This document shows, piece after piece, positions 38,916 to 48,353 of a stretch of DNA of 64,000 bases. The notes under the pieces were generated by a model that saw only the letters and a program-made list of their open reading frames with translations, was not told the origin of the DNA and did no database searches. The stretch's first letter is position 1. Each line of letters begins with the position of its first letter. Position numbers and translations under genes: made by a program. Origin of the DNA: Candidatus Moraniibacteriota bacterium (GTDB lineage: Bacteria > Patescibacteriota > Minisyncoccia > Moranbacterales > UBA2206); assembly GCA_049303795.1 (NCBI GenBank), contig JBAQNM010000005.1, forward strand, positions 222,381-286,380, given 5' to 3'.

Positions 38916-40082
38916 TTATTTTAAACTTTTATAAACTTCTAGTGTTTCCTGTGCACATTTTTCCCAATTAAATTTTTCCACTTGCTGATAACCTTTTTGA
39001 CGATAATTATCTTTCAGATTCTCATCTTGTGAAAATTGAAACATTGCTGTGGCAATATCTTTAACATCCATAGGATTAACTAGTCTAGCAGCATCTCCAG
39101 CAATTTCCGGAATTGAAGATACGCCAGAAACAATTGCTGGAACTCCCGTAGCAAAAGCCTCCAAGACTGTTGTGCCAAATCCTTCATAGAGCGATGGCAT
39201 CACAAAAAAATCCGCTTGAGAAAAAAGCATTGGCACTTCATCTCCCACGACATAACCGGTGAAAATCAAATCTTTTTCAATTTCCAAATCTTTTGCCAGT
39301 TGCTTATGCTCTGCTGCCAACCAACCTTTCTTTCCCGCCATAATCAACTTATAGTTGAACTTCTTATTTTCACTCGCAAACATTTTTTTGAAAAGGGCGA
39401 AGGCTTCTAAGAGACGAGTGATATTCTTAACTGGTTCAATCGTCCCAAGAAAAAGAATATATTTTTCATCACTTGAAAGCTCATAACGCTTTAATATTTC
39501 TTCACGTGACACTTTTGATTTTTCCGATAGACGTTTGTCAAAACCACTATAAATTACCTGCACTTTATCTTCAGATACTTTAAACATTTCACAAACATCT
39601 TTTTTGGTTGATGCGGAAACAGCAATTAACTTATCTGCTTTATTTATCGCAAGACTCAACATCGCTTTTGTTTTAGCTCGAACAAGGGCAGGAAAAGCCT
39701 CCGGCACTTTAATCACAGCTAAATCATGAATAGTAGCAACTGTCTTTCCCCGATACGAACTAGGAATTCTACTAAGAGATGATGTAGTGTGAAGCACGTC
39801 CAGTTTTTCTTTTGTTAAAGTCGCTGTTCCTAAAATTTCACTATAGGCTCCGGGTAAATATTTTTTATAATCAGAGAATGGATAGAATTTTATTTTCACG
39901 TTTGACTGCGCAAACTTTTTGATGTCTTTTTCTCGAACGCGAAAATCAAAAAATAAAACATACTCATTTTCTTTATCAATTGCCAAAAGATGACGAATTA
40001 ATTGATACGTATAATGACCAACGCCAATTGCTTCGCCCTTATCTGGACTTAAAATTGTTCTTGCATCAATGCCTATTTTCAT
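38916..40082 (-). CDS. glycosyltransferase family 4 (GT-B, group 1)
   Basis: C-terminal ..EGFGTTVLEAFATGVPAIVS.. EX7E motif. Confidence 0.8.
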   Translation of the reverse strand: MKIGIDARTILSPDKGEAIGVGHYTYQLIRHLLAIDKENEYVLFFDFRVREKDIKKFAQSNVKIKFYPFSDYKKYLPGAYSEILGTATLTKEKLDVLHTTSSLSRIPSSYRGKTVATIHDLAVIKVPEAFPALVRAKTKAMLSLAINKADKLIAVSASTKKDVCEMFKVSEDKVQVIYSGFDKRLSEKSKVSREEILKRYELSSDEKYILFLGTIEPVKNITRLLEAFALFKKMFASENKKFNYKLIMAGKKGWLAAEHKQLAKDLEIEKDLIFTGYVVGDEVPMLFSQADFFVMPSLYEGFGTTVLEAFATGVPAIVSGVSSIPEIAGDAARLVNPMDVKDIATAMFQFSQDENLKDNYRQKGYQQVEKFNWEKCAQETLEVYKSLK

Positions 40083-40100
40083 ATATTTATTCTTATTGAA

Positions 40101-40808
40101 TTAAGAATTATTCCGATACCTTACCCCTTTATAATAACACTCTTTTCCTTGTTTCGTCCAGCTCTTAATTGGCTCAAAACTTTTTCGATGAATTTCGCAA
40201 GGGCCATACTTTTTAAGCGCTTCTAGATGTATTTTTGTCCCATAACCCTTATGTTTAGCAAGGCCATATTGCGGATAGAGTTTGTCCATTTCACAAATCA
40301 TGCGATCTCGTGTCACCTTGGCAATGATTGAAGCAGCGGAAATTGTTTTGACAAGTTTATCACCACCCACGATCGCCTTCTGTTCGAAAGATAAACTAGG
40401 AATAATTTTATTTCCGTCGATCAGCAGAATGCTTTTTCTATCTTTCATTCCCTCTTTCATTTTTCCTGAAAAATCAGTTAGCGCTTTTTTCATCGCTAAA
40501 AAACTGGCTTCCAAAATATTCAACCGATCAATAGTTAAGTGATCGCAAATGCCAATTCCAACGTGAAAATTTTCCATGATAAAATCAAATAATTTTTCGC
40601 GCTGTTTTTCCGAAAGGGTTTTAGAATCACGAATCAAATCAAATTCAGACTTTTCGCTTTCTATTGGAAAATTGGAATTTTTCAATACACAAACAGAAGC
40701 CACTACCGGTCCTGCGAGTGGCCCCCTCCCCACCTCATCTGTTCCCATAACAAAATCATACCCTTCGGCCTGCAATTTCCTTTCTAATTCAAATGTTGAT
40801 GTAATCAT
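40101..40808 (-). CDS. rnhB: ribonuclease HII
   Basis: GTDEVGRGPLAGPVVASVCV active-site motif; basic C-terminal extension. Confidence 0.9.
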   Translation of the reverse strand: MITSTFELERKLQAEGYDFVMGTDEVGRGPLAGPVVASVCVLKNSNFPIESEKSEFDLIRDSKTLSEKQREKLFDFIMENFHVGIGICDHLTIDRLNILEASFLAMKKALTDFSGKMKEGMKDRKSILLIDGNKIIPSLSFEQKAIVGGDKLVKTISAASIIAKVTRDRMICEMDKLYPQYGLAKHKGYGTKIHLEALKKYGPCEIHRKSFEPIKSWTKQGKECYYKGVRYRNNS

Positions 40809-40954
40809 AATTGCATTATAACACGTTTATTTGTCTTTGCATAAGGCTTGAAATTGACAAAATCAACTAAAAAGACTATAATTCAGTATTCTTTGACAAT
40901 CCACAATAAACCGGCAAAAATGCCAAAAAATTTCTTCAAAAAGGAGAATGCAAA

Positions 40955-41116
40955 TTGAAAAAAATAACCACCATGGATAAAAGTTTACTTATCATTATTT
41001 TTATTGCTGTAATAATTATTGTCTCATCTGGCTTTAAAAGGGAGAGTGAAACGGAAAAACAACCGATTCTCATTGATCAGAAGAAAATTCCAGAATTGGA
41101 CCACACGCCCAAATAA
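40955..41116 (+). CDS. small (47-53 aa) single-TM membrane peptide (start TTG 40955 or ATG 40973)
   Basis: AAAGGAGAA SD, then ..MDKSLLIIIFIAVIIIVSSGFKRESETEKQPILIDQKKIPELDHTPK*; the next gene follows 12 nt later with its own SD. Below the ORF-track size cutoff. Confidence 0.3.
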   Translation: MKKITTMDKSLLIIIFIAVIIIVSSGFKRESETEKQPILIDQKKIPELDHTPK

Positions 41117-41128
41117 AAGGAGTGCCCT

Positions 41129-41641
41129 ATGACAAGCACAATCGTTCTGGCCCTTTCCTTTGGAAAAGGCAATGGAAGAGGAGCAAATAAGGCGAATAAG
41201 CTTATCGCCGAAAAAGCTACCTCTCACGCGAAAACCTTCAATACATTTATTTTTGCTGATGCCAGCGTCCCAGTCAGTGAAACGGGATGCGATTCATACC
41301 GGATCATCGGAAGTGGTTGCAAGATGAAGCATGAGTCAACTGTGACCCTTTTAGAATCAGCTCTTTCTCTGTATGAAGATTCTTCGACAAAAGAAGAAAT
41401 CAGAGACATACTTATCTTTACCGCTCCACAATACTTAGCAAGAGTAGTTCGCGACGGACGAAAAATTTTCAAAAACACCGACGTTTTCGTCCATGGCACG
41501 TCCATCTTTTGGGAAAAATGGTTTTATCCCGACTCCACGCAACTCTGGACCACCTCTTTTTGGTTTTGGTGGCCAAGAGAGCTACTCATCAAGGCATTGC
41601 CCTGGAAAGCCTATTACTGGCTTTCCAAAAACGCATTATAA
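41129..41641 (+). CDS. hypothetical protein, moderately GC-shifted, strong SD; possibly DUF218/YdcF-like
   Basis: AAAGGAGTGCCCT-ATG; N-terminal ..TIVLALSFGKGNG.. glycine-rich region and Trp-rich C-terminus; family not confidently recognised. Confidence 0.35.
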   Translation: MTSTIVLALSFGKGNGRGANKANKLIAEKATSHAKTFNTFIFADASVPVSETGCDSYRIIGSGCKMKHESTVTLLESALSLYEDSSTKEEIRDILIFTAPQYLARVVRDGRKIFKNTDVFVHGTSIFWEKWFYPDSTQLWTTSFWFWWPRELLIKALPWKAYYWLSKNAL

Positions 41642-41656
41642 AAAAACAAGCGCACC

Positions 41657-41700
41657 TAGGCGATCAATGGGGATTCTCCCGTTGGCCGCCTTTTTATTTT
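41657..41700 (+). terminator. candidate intrinsic terminator downstream of 41129..41641
   Basis: Imperfect GC hairpin (ggcgatcaatgggga / tcccgttggccgcc) followed by tttttatttttcc. Confidence 0.4.
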
Positions 41701-41882
41701 TCCAAACTCTGCTATACTTAGAATAATTCTAGGACTTATGCGTTTGGCGAGAAATTATTCGCTGTTAAGCCTTCCCAAGCAAGCCTAACTTTCAGTAAAC
41801 CCGGGATAAGCTAACTTAATTTCACAAATGTCGCTTTAATAATTTTAAGGCAAATGCATAAGTCCTAAACTACTAACCTATC

Positions 41883-44800
41883 TTGCAAACCCCTTGGATT
41901 TTTCCGGGCGATGAAGATAGCCAAAAAACTATGTCTGAATCAAAAATAAAGTTTTCCCACCTTCACGTTCACACGCATTATTCTTTACTTGATGGTCTTT
42001 CTAAGATTGACGAACTGCTTGATCGCGTTCAAGAGCTTGGTATGGATTCTGTCGCCATCACTGATCATGGTGTGCTTTATGGTGCCATTGAATTTTATAT
42101 GAAAGCCAAAGCGCGAGGCATCAAACCAATCATTGGTTGCGAGATGTATCTCACACCAACTGATTTGCACAGTAAGAATCCTGACTCGGCTGATCGCAAA
42201 CGACATCATCTAATTCTTTTGGCGAAAGATGAAACCGGTTATAAAAATTTAATGCGCCTAATCACAATCGCTCACCTGGAAGGATTTTATTATAAACCAC
42301 GCATTGATAAAACTGTTCTGCGCTCTCATGCAGAAGGTCTGATTGGCCTCAGTGCTTGTGCTGAAGGTGAAATTCCTTTCGCTGCTATTTCCGGCCAGAT
42401 GGAAAAAGCAGAAAATTTGGCGCTGGAATATCAAGAAATTTTTGGTGTGGGTAATTTTTACTTGGAAATCCAGCACCATCCAACTTTTCCCTCCCAACAA
42501 ATTGCCAATGATGCCCTGATAAAAATTTCCCGAAAATATAACATTCCGCTTGTGGCCACTAATGATATTCACTATGTAAAAAAAGAAGATAATTCCATCC
42601 AAGATATTTTATTGTGCATCCAAACTAATCGCAAAGTTGAAGACAAAGACCGTATGAATTTAATGGATTTTGAACTCTATTTGAAAAGCCCGGAAGAAAT
42701 GGCGGAACATTTCAAGCACGTTCCGGAAGCATTAGCCAACACGCAAGATGTTATTGATAAATGCAACTTGGAAATTCATCTGGGCGAAACTCAACTCCCC
42801 TATTTTGGAGTGCCAGAAGGTGAAACAACTGAAACTTATCTTCGCAAAATAACCGAGGAAGGAATGATTAAACGCTTTGGCACAGACATCCTCCAGGGAC
42901 ACAAAGATCGCATGGAATATGAACTTTCTGTTATTGAAAAAACTGGCTTTGCCTCTTACTTTCTTATTGTGCAAGATCTGATCAATTGGGCAAAAAATCA
43001 AAATATCATTGTTGGTCCAGGCAGAGGTAGTGCTGCTGGTAGTTTTGTTTCCTACCTAATCGGAATCACCAATCTTGATCCAATCAAATACGAGCTACTT
43101 TTTGAAAGATTCCTCAATCCAGAAAGAATCTCGATGCCTGATATCGACATGGACTTTGCTGATGACCGGCGCGATGAAGTTTTGGAATACGTAAGACAAA
43201 AATATGGCAATGACCATGTAGCTCAAATTATCACGTTTGGAACAATGGCTGCTCGCGCTGCCATTCGCGACACCGGCCGAGCGTTAGGCATTCCCTATGA
43301 TTTTTGTGACAAAACTGCGAAGCTAATTCCCATGTTTTCTACAATCGAAGATGCTCTGGAAAATGCCAAAGAATTCAAGGATCTCTATAATACAGGTGGC
43401 GACGCCAAAAAATTAATTGATAGCGCCAAGCGTTTGGAAGGCGTGGTGCGTCATGCTTCAATGCATGCTTGCGGTGTTGTAATTACACGTGAACCAGTCA
43501 CGGAATATACCCCGCTTCAAAAAATGCAAGGCAAAAAAGAAGGTTCCGTTACTCAATATTCCTCCTCAACTAAATCTAGTTATGTGGAAAAAATCGGGCT
43601 ACTCAAGATGGACTTTTTGGGACTCAAAAATCTCACAATCATGCAAAATGCCTTGCGGATATTAAGAAAAACTAAAGGCTTGGATTTGAAGATTGATGAT
43701 ATTCCTGAAGCAGACGAAAAAACTTTCAAACTTCTGCAAAAAGCCCAAACGACTGGAGTATTTCAGTTGGAAAGTTCCGGCATGAAACGTTATTTAAAAT
43801 TATTAAAACCCACTGTCTTTGAAGATATTATAGCCATGGTAGCTCTTTACCGCCCAGGACCAATGGATTGGATTCCAGACTTCATTTCAAGAAAACACGG
43901 TGATAAAAAAATTGATTATTATCATCCAAAACTAAAAACGCTTTTGGAAAAAACTTATGGCATCGTAGTTTATCAAGAACAAGTGATGCAAGTTGCTCAA
44001 GCTCTAGCCGGATTCACTTTGGGTGAAGCGGATGTTCTGCGAAAGGCTATGGGGAAAAAAATCTTTGCACTGATTGCTGAGCAAAAAATAAAATTCATCG
44101 AAGGTTGTGTGGCGCATGGCACCGAAAGAAAAATAGCAGAAAAAGTTTTTTCTTTTATTGAACCTTTTGCTGGTTACGGCTTCAACCGCTCTCACGCTGC
44201 TTGTTATGCCATGATTGGCTATCAAACCGCCTATCTCAAAGCCCATTATCCGGCTGAATTCATGGCCGCCCTACTCACTTCCGATCAAGATGATATTGAT
44301 CGCGTTGCTATTGAAGTAACGGAATGTCGCGAAATGGGAATTGAAGTTTTACCACCGAACGTCAATGAAAGTTTTGAAGAATTTTCTGTCATTATTGATC
44401 CAGAAACAAAAATAGAAAAAATTCGTTTCGGCCTAAACGCGATTAAAAACGTTGGGCGCACAGTGGCCCATGAAATTGTGGAAGAAAGGAAGCGCAATGG
44501 AAAGTTTTTGAATTTAGGTAACTTCATTGAACGAGTTCAGTCAAAAGATCTTAATAAGAAATCAATTGAGGCTCTTGCCAAAGTTGGAGCACTGGAAGAT
44601 TTGGGCGAAAGAAATCAAATCGTTGCTTCCATTGAAAACATTCTTGCTCATGCCAAGGAACATCAGAAAAATCAATCTTCAAATCAAATCAGTCTTTTTG
44701 GAGTTTCTGAACTAGCTCTTCCAGAAATTCAATTAATACCAACTATCCCTGCCACAAAAAAACAACAACTGATTTGGGAAAAGGAACTGATGGGACTCTA

Positions 44801-45434
44801 TATTAGCGGACATCCCGCCAGTGAATTTCAAGCCTATTTTGAATATGCCGGAACACCAATTCGCGATATTGATAAAAACTTAGTCGGTCAAAACATAAGT
44901 ATTGGTGGAGTTATATCGAAAATTAAAAAGATTTTTCTTAAAAACCAAAAAACGATGCTCTTTGCAACCATTGAGGATATGTATTCCAACATCGAATTAC
45001 TTGTTTTTCCTAAGGTATTAGATGAAACCGGTTCAATTTGGGGTGAAGATAAAGTAATTTTAGCTTCAGGAAAAATTTCTGACAAAGATGGCATGTTTAA
45101 ATTATTAGTTGATAGCGTCAAAATTGTTAATCATGACGAGGTAGAAAATGCTTCACGTATTATTGCTACCAGAAAAAATCATGGCGAAAAAATTGAAAAA
45201 ATAGCTCCCATCACTTCTCCAGCAAAAATAGTTATCACTCTTCCTAATGATTCTGATCAAGAAATATTAAAAGCCCTTTCTGCACATTTCAATACTTGTG
45301 AAATTGGTCAAACAAAAATTTATCTAAAAATAAATAATACAAAACTAGAGACTCCTTTTTGTATCACGCAAAATCAAGATCTGGAAAATCAAATTAAAAA
45401 AATAATTCCCACAGCCTTGGTGGAAATTTTATAA
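41883..45434 (+). CDS. dnaE: DNA polymerase III alpha subunit
   Basis: PHP domain HLHVHTHYSLLDG, the polymerase core, and an OB/tau-binding C-terminus; 1183 aa. Confidence 0.95.
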   Translation: MQTPWIFPGDEDSQKTMSESKIKFSHLHVHTHYSLLDGLSKIDELLDRVQELGMDSVAITDHGVLYGAIEFYMKAKARGIKPIIGCEMYLTPTDLHSKNPDSADRKRHHLILLAKDETGYKNLMRLITIAHLEGFYYKPRIDKTVLRSHAEGLIGLSACAEGEIPFAAISGQMEKAENLALEYQEIFGVGNFYLEIQHHPTFPSQQIANDALIKISRKYNIPLVATNDIHYVKKEDNSIQDILLCIQTNRKVEDKDRMNLMDFELYLKSPEEMAEHFKHVPEALANTQDVIDKCNLEIHLGETQLPYFGVPEGETTETYLRKITEEGMIKRFGTDILQGHKDRMEYELSVIEKTGFASYFLIVQDLINWAKNQNIIVGPGRGSAAGSFVSYLIGITNLDPIKYELLFERFLNPERISMPDIDMDFADDRRDEVLEYVRQKYGNDHVAQIITFGTMAARAAIRDTGRALGIPYDFCDKTAKLIPMFSTIEDALENAKEFKDLYNTGGDAKKLIDSAKRLEGVVRHASMHACGVVITREPVTEYTPLQKMQGKKEGSVTQYSSSTKSSYVEKIGLLKMDFLGLKNLTIMQNALRILRKTKGLDLKIDDIPEADEKTFKLLQKAQTTGVFQLESSGMKRYLKLLKPTVFEDIIAMVALYRPGPMDWIPDFISRKHGDKKIDYYHPKLKTLLEKTYGIVVYQEQVMQVAQALAGFTLGEADVLRKAMGKKIFALIAEQKIKFIEGCVAHGTERKIAEKVFSFIEPFAGYGFNRSHAACYAMIGYQTAYLKAHYPAEFMAALLTSDQDDIDRVAIEVTECREMGIEVLPPNVNESFEEFSVIIDPETKIEKIRFGLNAIKNVGRTVAHEIVEERKRNGKFLNLGNFIERVQSKDLNKKSIEALAKVGALEDLGERNQIVASIENILAHAKEHQKNQSSNQISLFGVSELALPEIQLIPTIPATKKQQLIWEKELMGLYISGHPASEFQAYFEYAGTPIRDIDKNLVGQNISIGGVISKIKKIFLKNQKTMLFATIEDMYSNIELLVFPKVLDETGSIWGEDKVILASGKISDKDGMFKLLVDSVKIVNHDEVENASRIIATRKNHGEKIEKIAPITSPAKIVITLPNDSDQEILKALSAHFNTCEIGQTKIYLKINNTKLETPFCITQNQDLENQIKKIIPTALVEIL

Positions 45435-45447
45435 AAAAGTAACTTTT

Positions 45448-45521
45448 TTTTCAATGTGGGCGATCGAGAACTCGAATCTCGGACCTCGTCATTATCAGTG
45501 ACGCGCTCTAACCAACTGAGC
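45448..45521 (-). tRNA. tRNA-Ile (anticodon GAT)
   Basis: Reverse complement reads GGGCGATTAGCTCAGTTGGTTAGAGCGCGTCACTGATAATGACGAGGTCCGAGATTCGAGTTCTCGATCGCCCA: clean cloverleaf with anticodon loop CTGATAA. Confidence 0.85.
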
Positions 45522-45559
45522 TAATCGCCCGTAAATTATCAATATTATATATATTCCTG

Positions 45560-45632
45560 TGGACCCTATCGGGCTCGAACCGATCACCCCCTGCTTGCAA
45601 AGCAGGTGCTCTACCAAATGAGCTAAGGGCCC
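45560..45632 (-). tRNA. tRNA-Ala (anticodon TGC)
   Basis: Reverse complement reads GGGCCCTTAGCTCATTTGGTAGAGCACCTGCTTTGCAAGCAGGGGGTGATCGGTTCGAGCCCGATAGGGTCCA with G3:U70. Confidence 0.85.
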
Positions 45633-45767
45633 TATTTTCTATTTAAACTTCAAATTATAGTAGTCATCAGGCTATCCTATTAAATGCTTGTCCGCCTCGG
45701 GAGGAAGCTAAGGGCCCAAAACAACTAATTGCCATTATAAACAATAAAATTAAACTTGTCTAGCTGG

Positions 45768-48347
45768 TTATTTAAAACTCTTAACTATGCCCTGAAATTC
45801 ATCTCCTTTTTCTTCAAAATTCTTCCAAAGACTATAGCTTGGAGAAGCCATTGAAAGTAAGCATATTTTTCCAATCTTCGTATTCAAAAAAGCAAAATTG
45901 ACAGCTTCTTTCATGTTTTTTGTATGTATTGTTGTATATTTTTTGTTAGATTTTTGAAGAAGTATTTTTTCAATCTCTGTGCCGCTATCTGGAAAAAAAA
46001 CAATATTTCTTATTTTAGATTTATCAATTTCAATCGCCAAGCCAGAAAAATCATACCCTCGATTAAGCCCCCCTAAAAAAATCGTGTCCACATCGGAAAG
46101 TGTTTTGATTGCTTCAATAGTAGCCTCAGGAATTGTTGCGTTAGCATCATCATAAAATTTTATTCCCTTGAATTCTCCCACAAATTCCAAGCGATGCGGA
46201 AGATTTTTAAAACTTTCGACGCCTTTTTTAATTATCCTCTTTGGAATTTTTAGAATATTAGCAACAGCAATCGCCGCTTTGGCATTTTCCATATTATGCG
46301 CACCCAAAAGCGAAGCTTTTATATTTGCTAAATTAATTTTACTAAAATCATCTGTATTTGTTTTTTTAGCCCATTTTTTTAGCTCTTTATTTTTTCCATT
46401 ATATACAAAATGATCTTCGCGATTTTGAAAATTAATAATATTTTTTTTCGCTGCATAATATTTTTCAACACTGCCATGATAATTCATATGCTCAGGAAAA
46501 AGATTTATTACAACAGAAATATGTGGAGAGTATTTCAGATCATCTAGTTGATAGCTAGAAAGCTCTATGATAAAAATTTCATTCTCATCAATCGGTTTTA
46601 ATAAAACTTCCAACATCGGACTGCCAATGTTACCAATCAAGCGCACCTTCTTCCCGGCCTCTTTTAGAATGGCATAAATCAAAGAGGCTGTCGTGCTTTT
46701 CCCCTTACTTCCGGTCACTCCAATCGTAATATTTTTTATTTGCGAGAAAAAGATGTTAGTCGCCGTAGTATAAGGAATTTTAACCAAATTTTTATTTATT
46801 CCCGGTGATTTTATTGCAAAATCGCAATCTTCCTGTCTTTTTAGGTAATTCTTGTCTAACTTTTGGTCAGCAATAATATATTCTTTTTTTGGATAAAGTT
46901 TTTTTAAAAATTTTAAACTAGCCCTACCTTCAAGCCCATAGCCTAAGATCAATATTTTTCGCCTATCTTCAAAATCATCCAACTCTATACTTGTTTTTTT
47001 AATCATAGCGAGAAATTTTTCAGGAATATTGTTTTCTTCTGAAAAGCCTAATAATTTTTTACTTAAACCTATTTGATCTATTTTTTCAAATAATCCCACT
47101 TTTTCAAAAAATTTAATAACCCCAGCATCTCCAAATTCATTTTTTAAATAAGTCTTTCTTAAGGCCAACTTCATTTCTTCTGCTGTTCCCACACACTCAA
47201 AGGGTTTTATTCTTTTTAAACCTAATAATTCTTCAAATGTTGGCAATAATTTTTTATCCTCAAACAAACTCTTACCAAAAATATCCAACAATTCTTTTTT
47301 AGAAAGATAAGCAGAAAGCATCGTGAAAACAAATACACATTTAGGACAGTGTCCACACCATCTCTTGCCTACTAGATCATCTTTTATTTTAAAATTGGCG
47401 TTACAGCTAGAAAAAGTTTTAAAATATTTTTTATATTTGGAAAAAATCTCCACGATTTTGATTTCACTCAAAGGACGTAGAATTGAAAAGTATAAAACAT
47501 CAGTAGCTATATATTCTTTGACATAATTAGAAAACATTTTTTCAGCCAAAAAAGATTTACTCCACTGATGATTAACCCATCTGCCTAAATATTCTATATT
47601 ACCCTGGCTGGCACTATTTTCGTTAGCAGAAATGATATAACGATAATCATAGATAACAGCTGTAAAAAGACCGATAAATGCCCATTGCAGAGAAACTGGC
47701 ACATGCCCATTATATGCGTCTGGCTTATTTCTGAATTCTAATAATTTTTTATCTAATTCTCTTTTTACCACTATCTTTTTTCCGCCCACCAATGCGGCAA
47801 CTTCTTTTTGAATCTCGGCTTCATTAACAGAAAAAACAGTAAAATCTTTCGCAATTTTTTTCAAGAGTTCCATCGCTACAATAGAATCTTTGCCTCCACC
47901 ATTCATCACAAGCAATCGATCCTGCATTTTTGTTTTTATTGCTTTAGGTTTGTATTTATCATCATAAGAAAAATTAACTAGCCCACGATAATCGATTTTA
48001 TTTTTATAAAAAAATTCACCCATCCCCTCGGTATAAACTAAATTCCAAAATTCAGCCTGCTGCTTAGAAAGTTTAATATTATTTAAAATTATTTTTGAGG
48101 GACAATAAATCTTCCAATAGCTTAAGCCTAAAACCAAATGCAAACCGTCTAATATATTTTTTTGCAAATTTTCATCGAGCTTATTTTCCAAAAAGCCTTT
48201 TTTTGGAAAATATAAGGTTTCACAAAACATATATTTATCTGTTCCTTTTTTCAATCCATAATCAAAAGACAAAGTTGCCTTTGTCTTATCAATTCTATAG
48301 CCTAAAAACTCAAAAATTCCTCCGGTTTGCTTCATATTTTTACCCAT
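45768..48347 (-). CDS. bifunctional fusion: N-terminal PP-loop ATP-pyrophosphatase-like domain (MurL-like?) + C-terminal Mur ligase (MurD-type UDP-MurNAc-L-Ala:Glu ligase)
   Basis: N-terminal about 450 aa with SGGxDS-type PP-loop (LVMNGGGKDSIVA) and a CGHCPKC cysteine cluster. C-terminal about 400 aa with a Mur ligase P-loop GVTGSKGKSTTASL and MurD-like layout (ILILGYGLEGRA.. N-terminal Rossmann). Confidence 0.6.
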   Translation of the reverse strand: MGKNMKQTGGIFEFLGYRIDKTKATLSFDYGLKKGTDKYMFCETLYFPKKGFLENKLDENLQKNILDGLHLVLGLSYWKIYCPSKIILNNIKLSKQQAEFWNLVYTEGMGEFFYKNKIDYRGLVNFSYDDKYKPKAIKTKMQDRLLVMNGGGKDSIVAMELLKKIAKDFTVFSVNEAEIQKEVAALVGGKKIVVKRELDKKLLEFRNKPDAYNGHVPVSLQWAFIGLFTAVIYDYRYIISANENSASQGNIEYLGRWVNHQWSKSFLAEKMFSNYVKEYIATDVLYFSILRPLSEIKIVEIFSKYKKYFKTFSSCNANFKIKDDLVGKRWCGHCPKCVFVFTMLSAYLSKKELLDIFGKSLFEDKKLLPTFEELLGLKRIKPFECVGTAEEMKLALRKTYLKNEFGDAGVIKFFEKVGLFEKIDQIGLSKKLLGFSEENNIPEKFLAMIKKTSIELDDFEDRRKILILGYGLEGRASLKFLKKLYPKKEYIIADQKLDKNYLKRQEDCDFAIKSPGINKNLVKIPYTTATNIFFSQIKNITIGVTGSKGKSTTASLIYAILKEAGKKVRLIGNIGSPMLEVLLKPIDENEIFIIELSSYQLDDLKYSPHISVVINLFPEHMNYHGSVEKYYAAKKNIINFQNREDHFVYNGKNKELKKWAKKTNTDDFSKINLANIKASLLGAHNMENAKAAIAVANILKIPKRIIKKGVESFKNLPHRLEFVGEFKGIKFYDDANATIPEATIEAIKTLSDVDTIFLGGLNRGYDFSGLAIEIDKSKIRNIVFFPDSGTEIEKILLQKSNKKYTTIHTKNMKEAVNFAFLNTKIGKICLLSMASPSYSLWKNFEEKGDEFQGIVKSFK

Positions 48348-48353
48348 TATCTG

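Noticed and set aside
45448-45632. The tRNA-Ile(GAT) + tRNA-Ala(TGC) pair as evidence of an rRNA operon in the window.
   Set aside because: No 16S 3' end or 23S 5' sequence flanks them: dnaE lies on one side and the Mur ligase fusion on the other. The pair is also in Ala-then-Ile transcriptional order, unlike the usual spacer.
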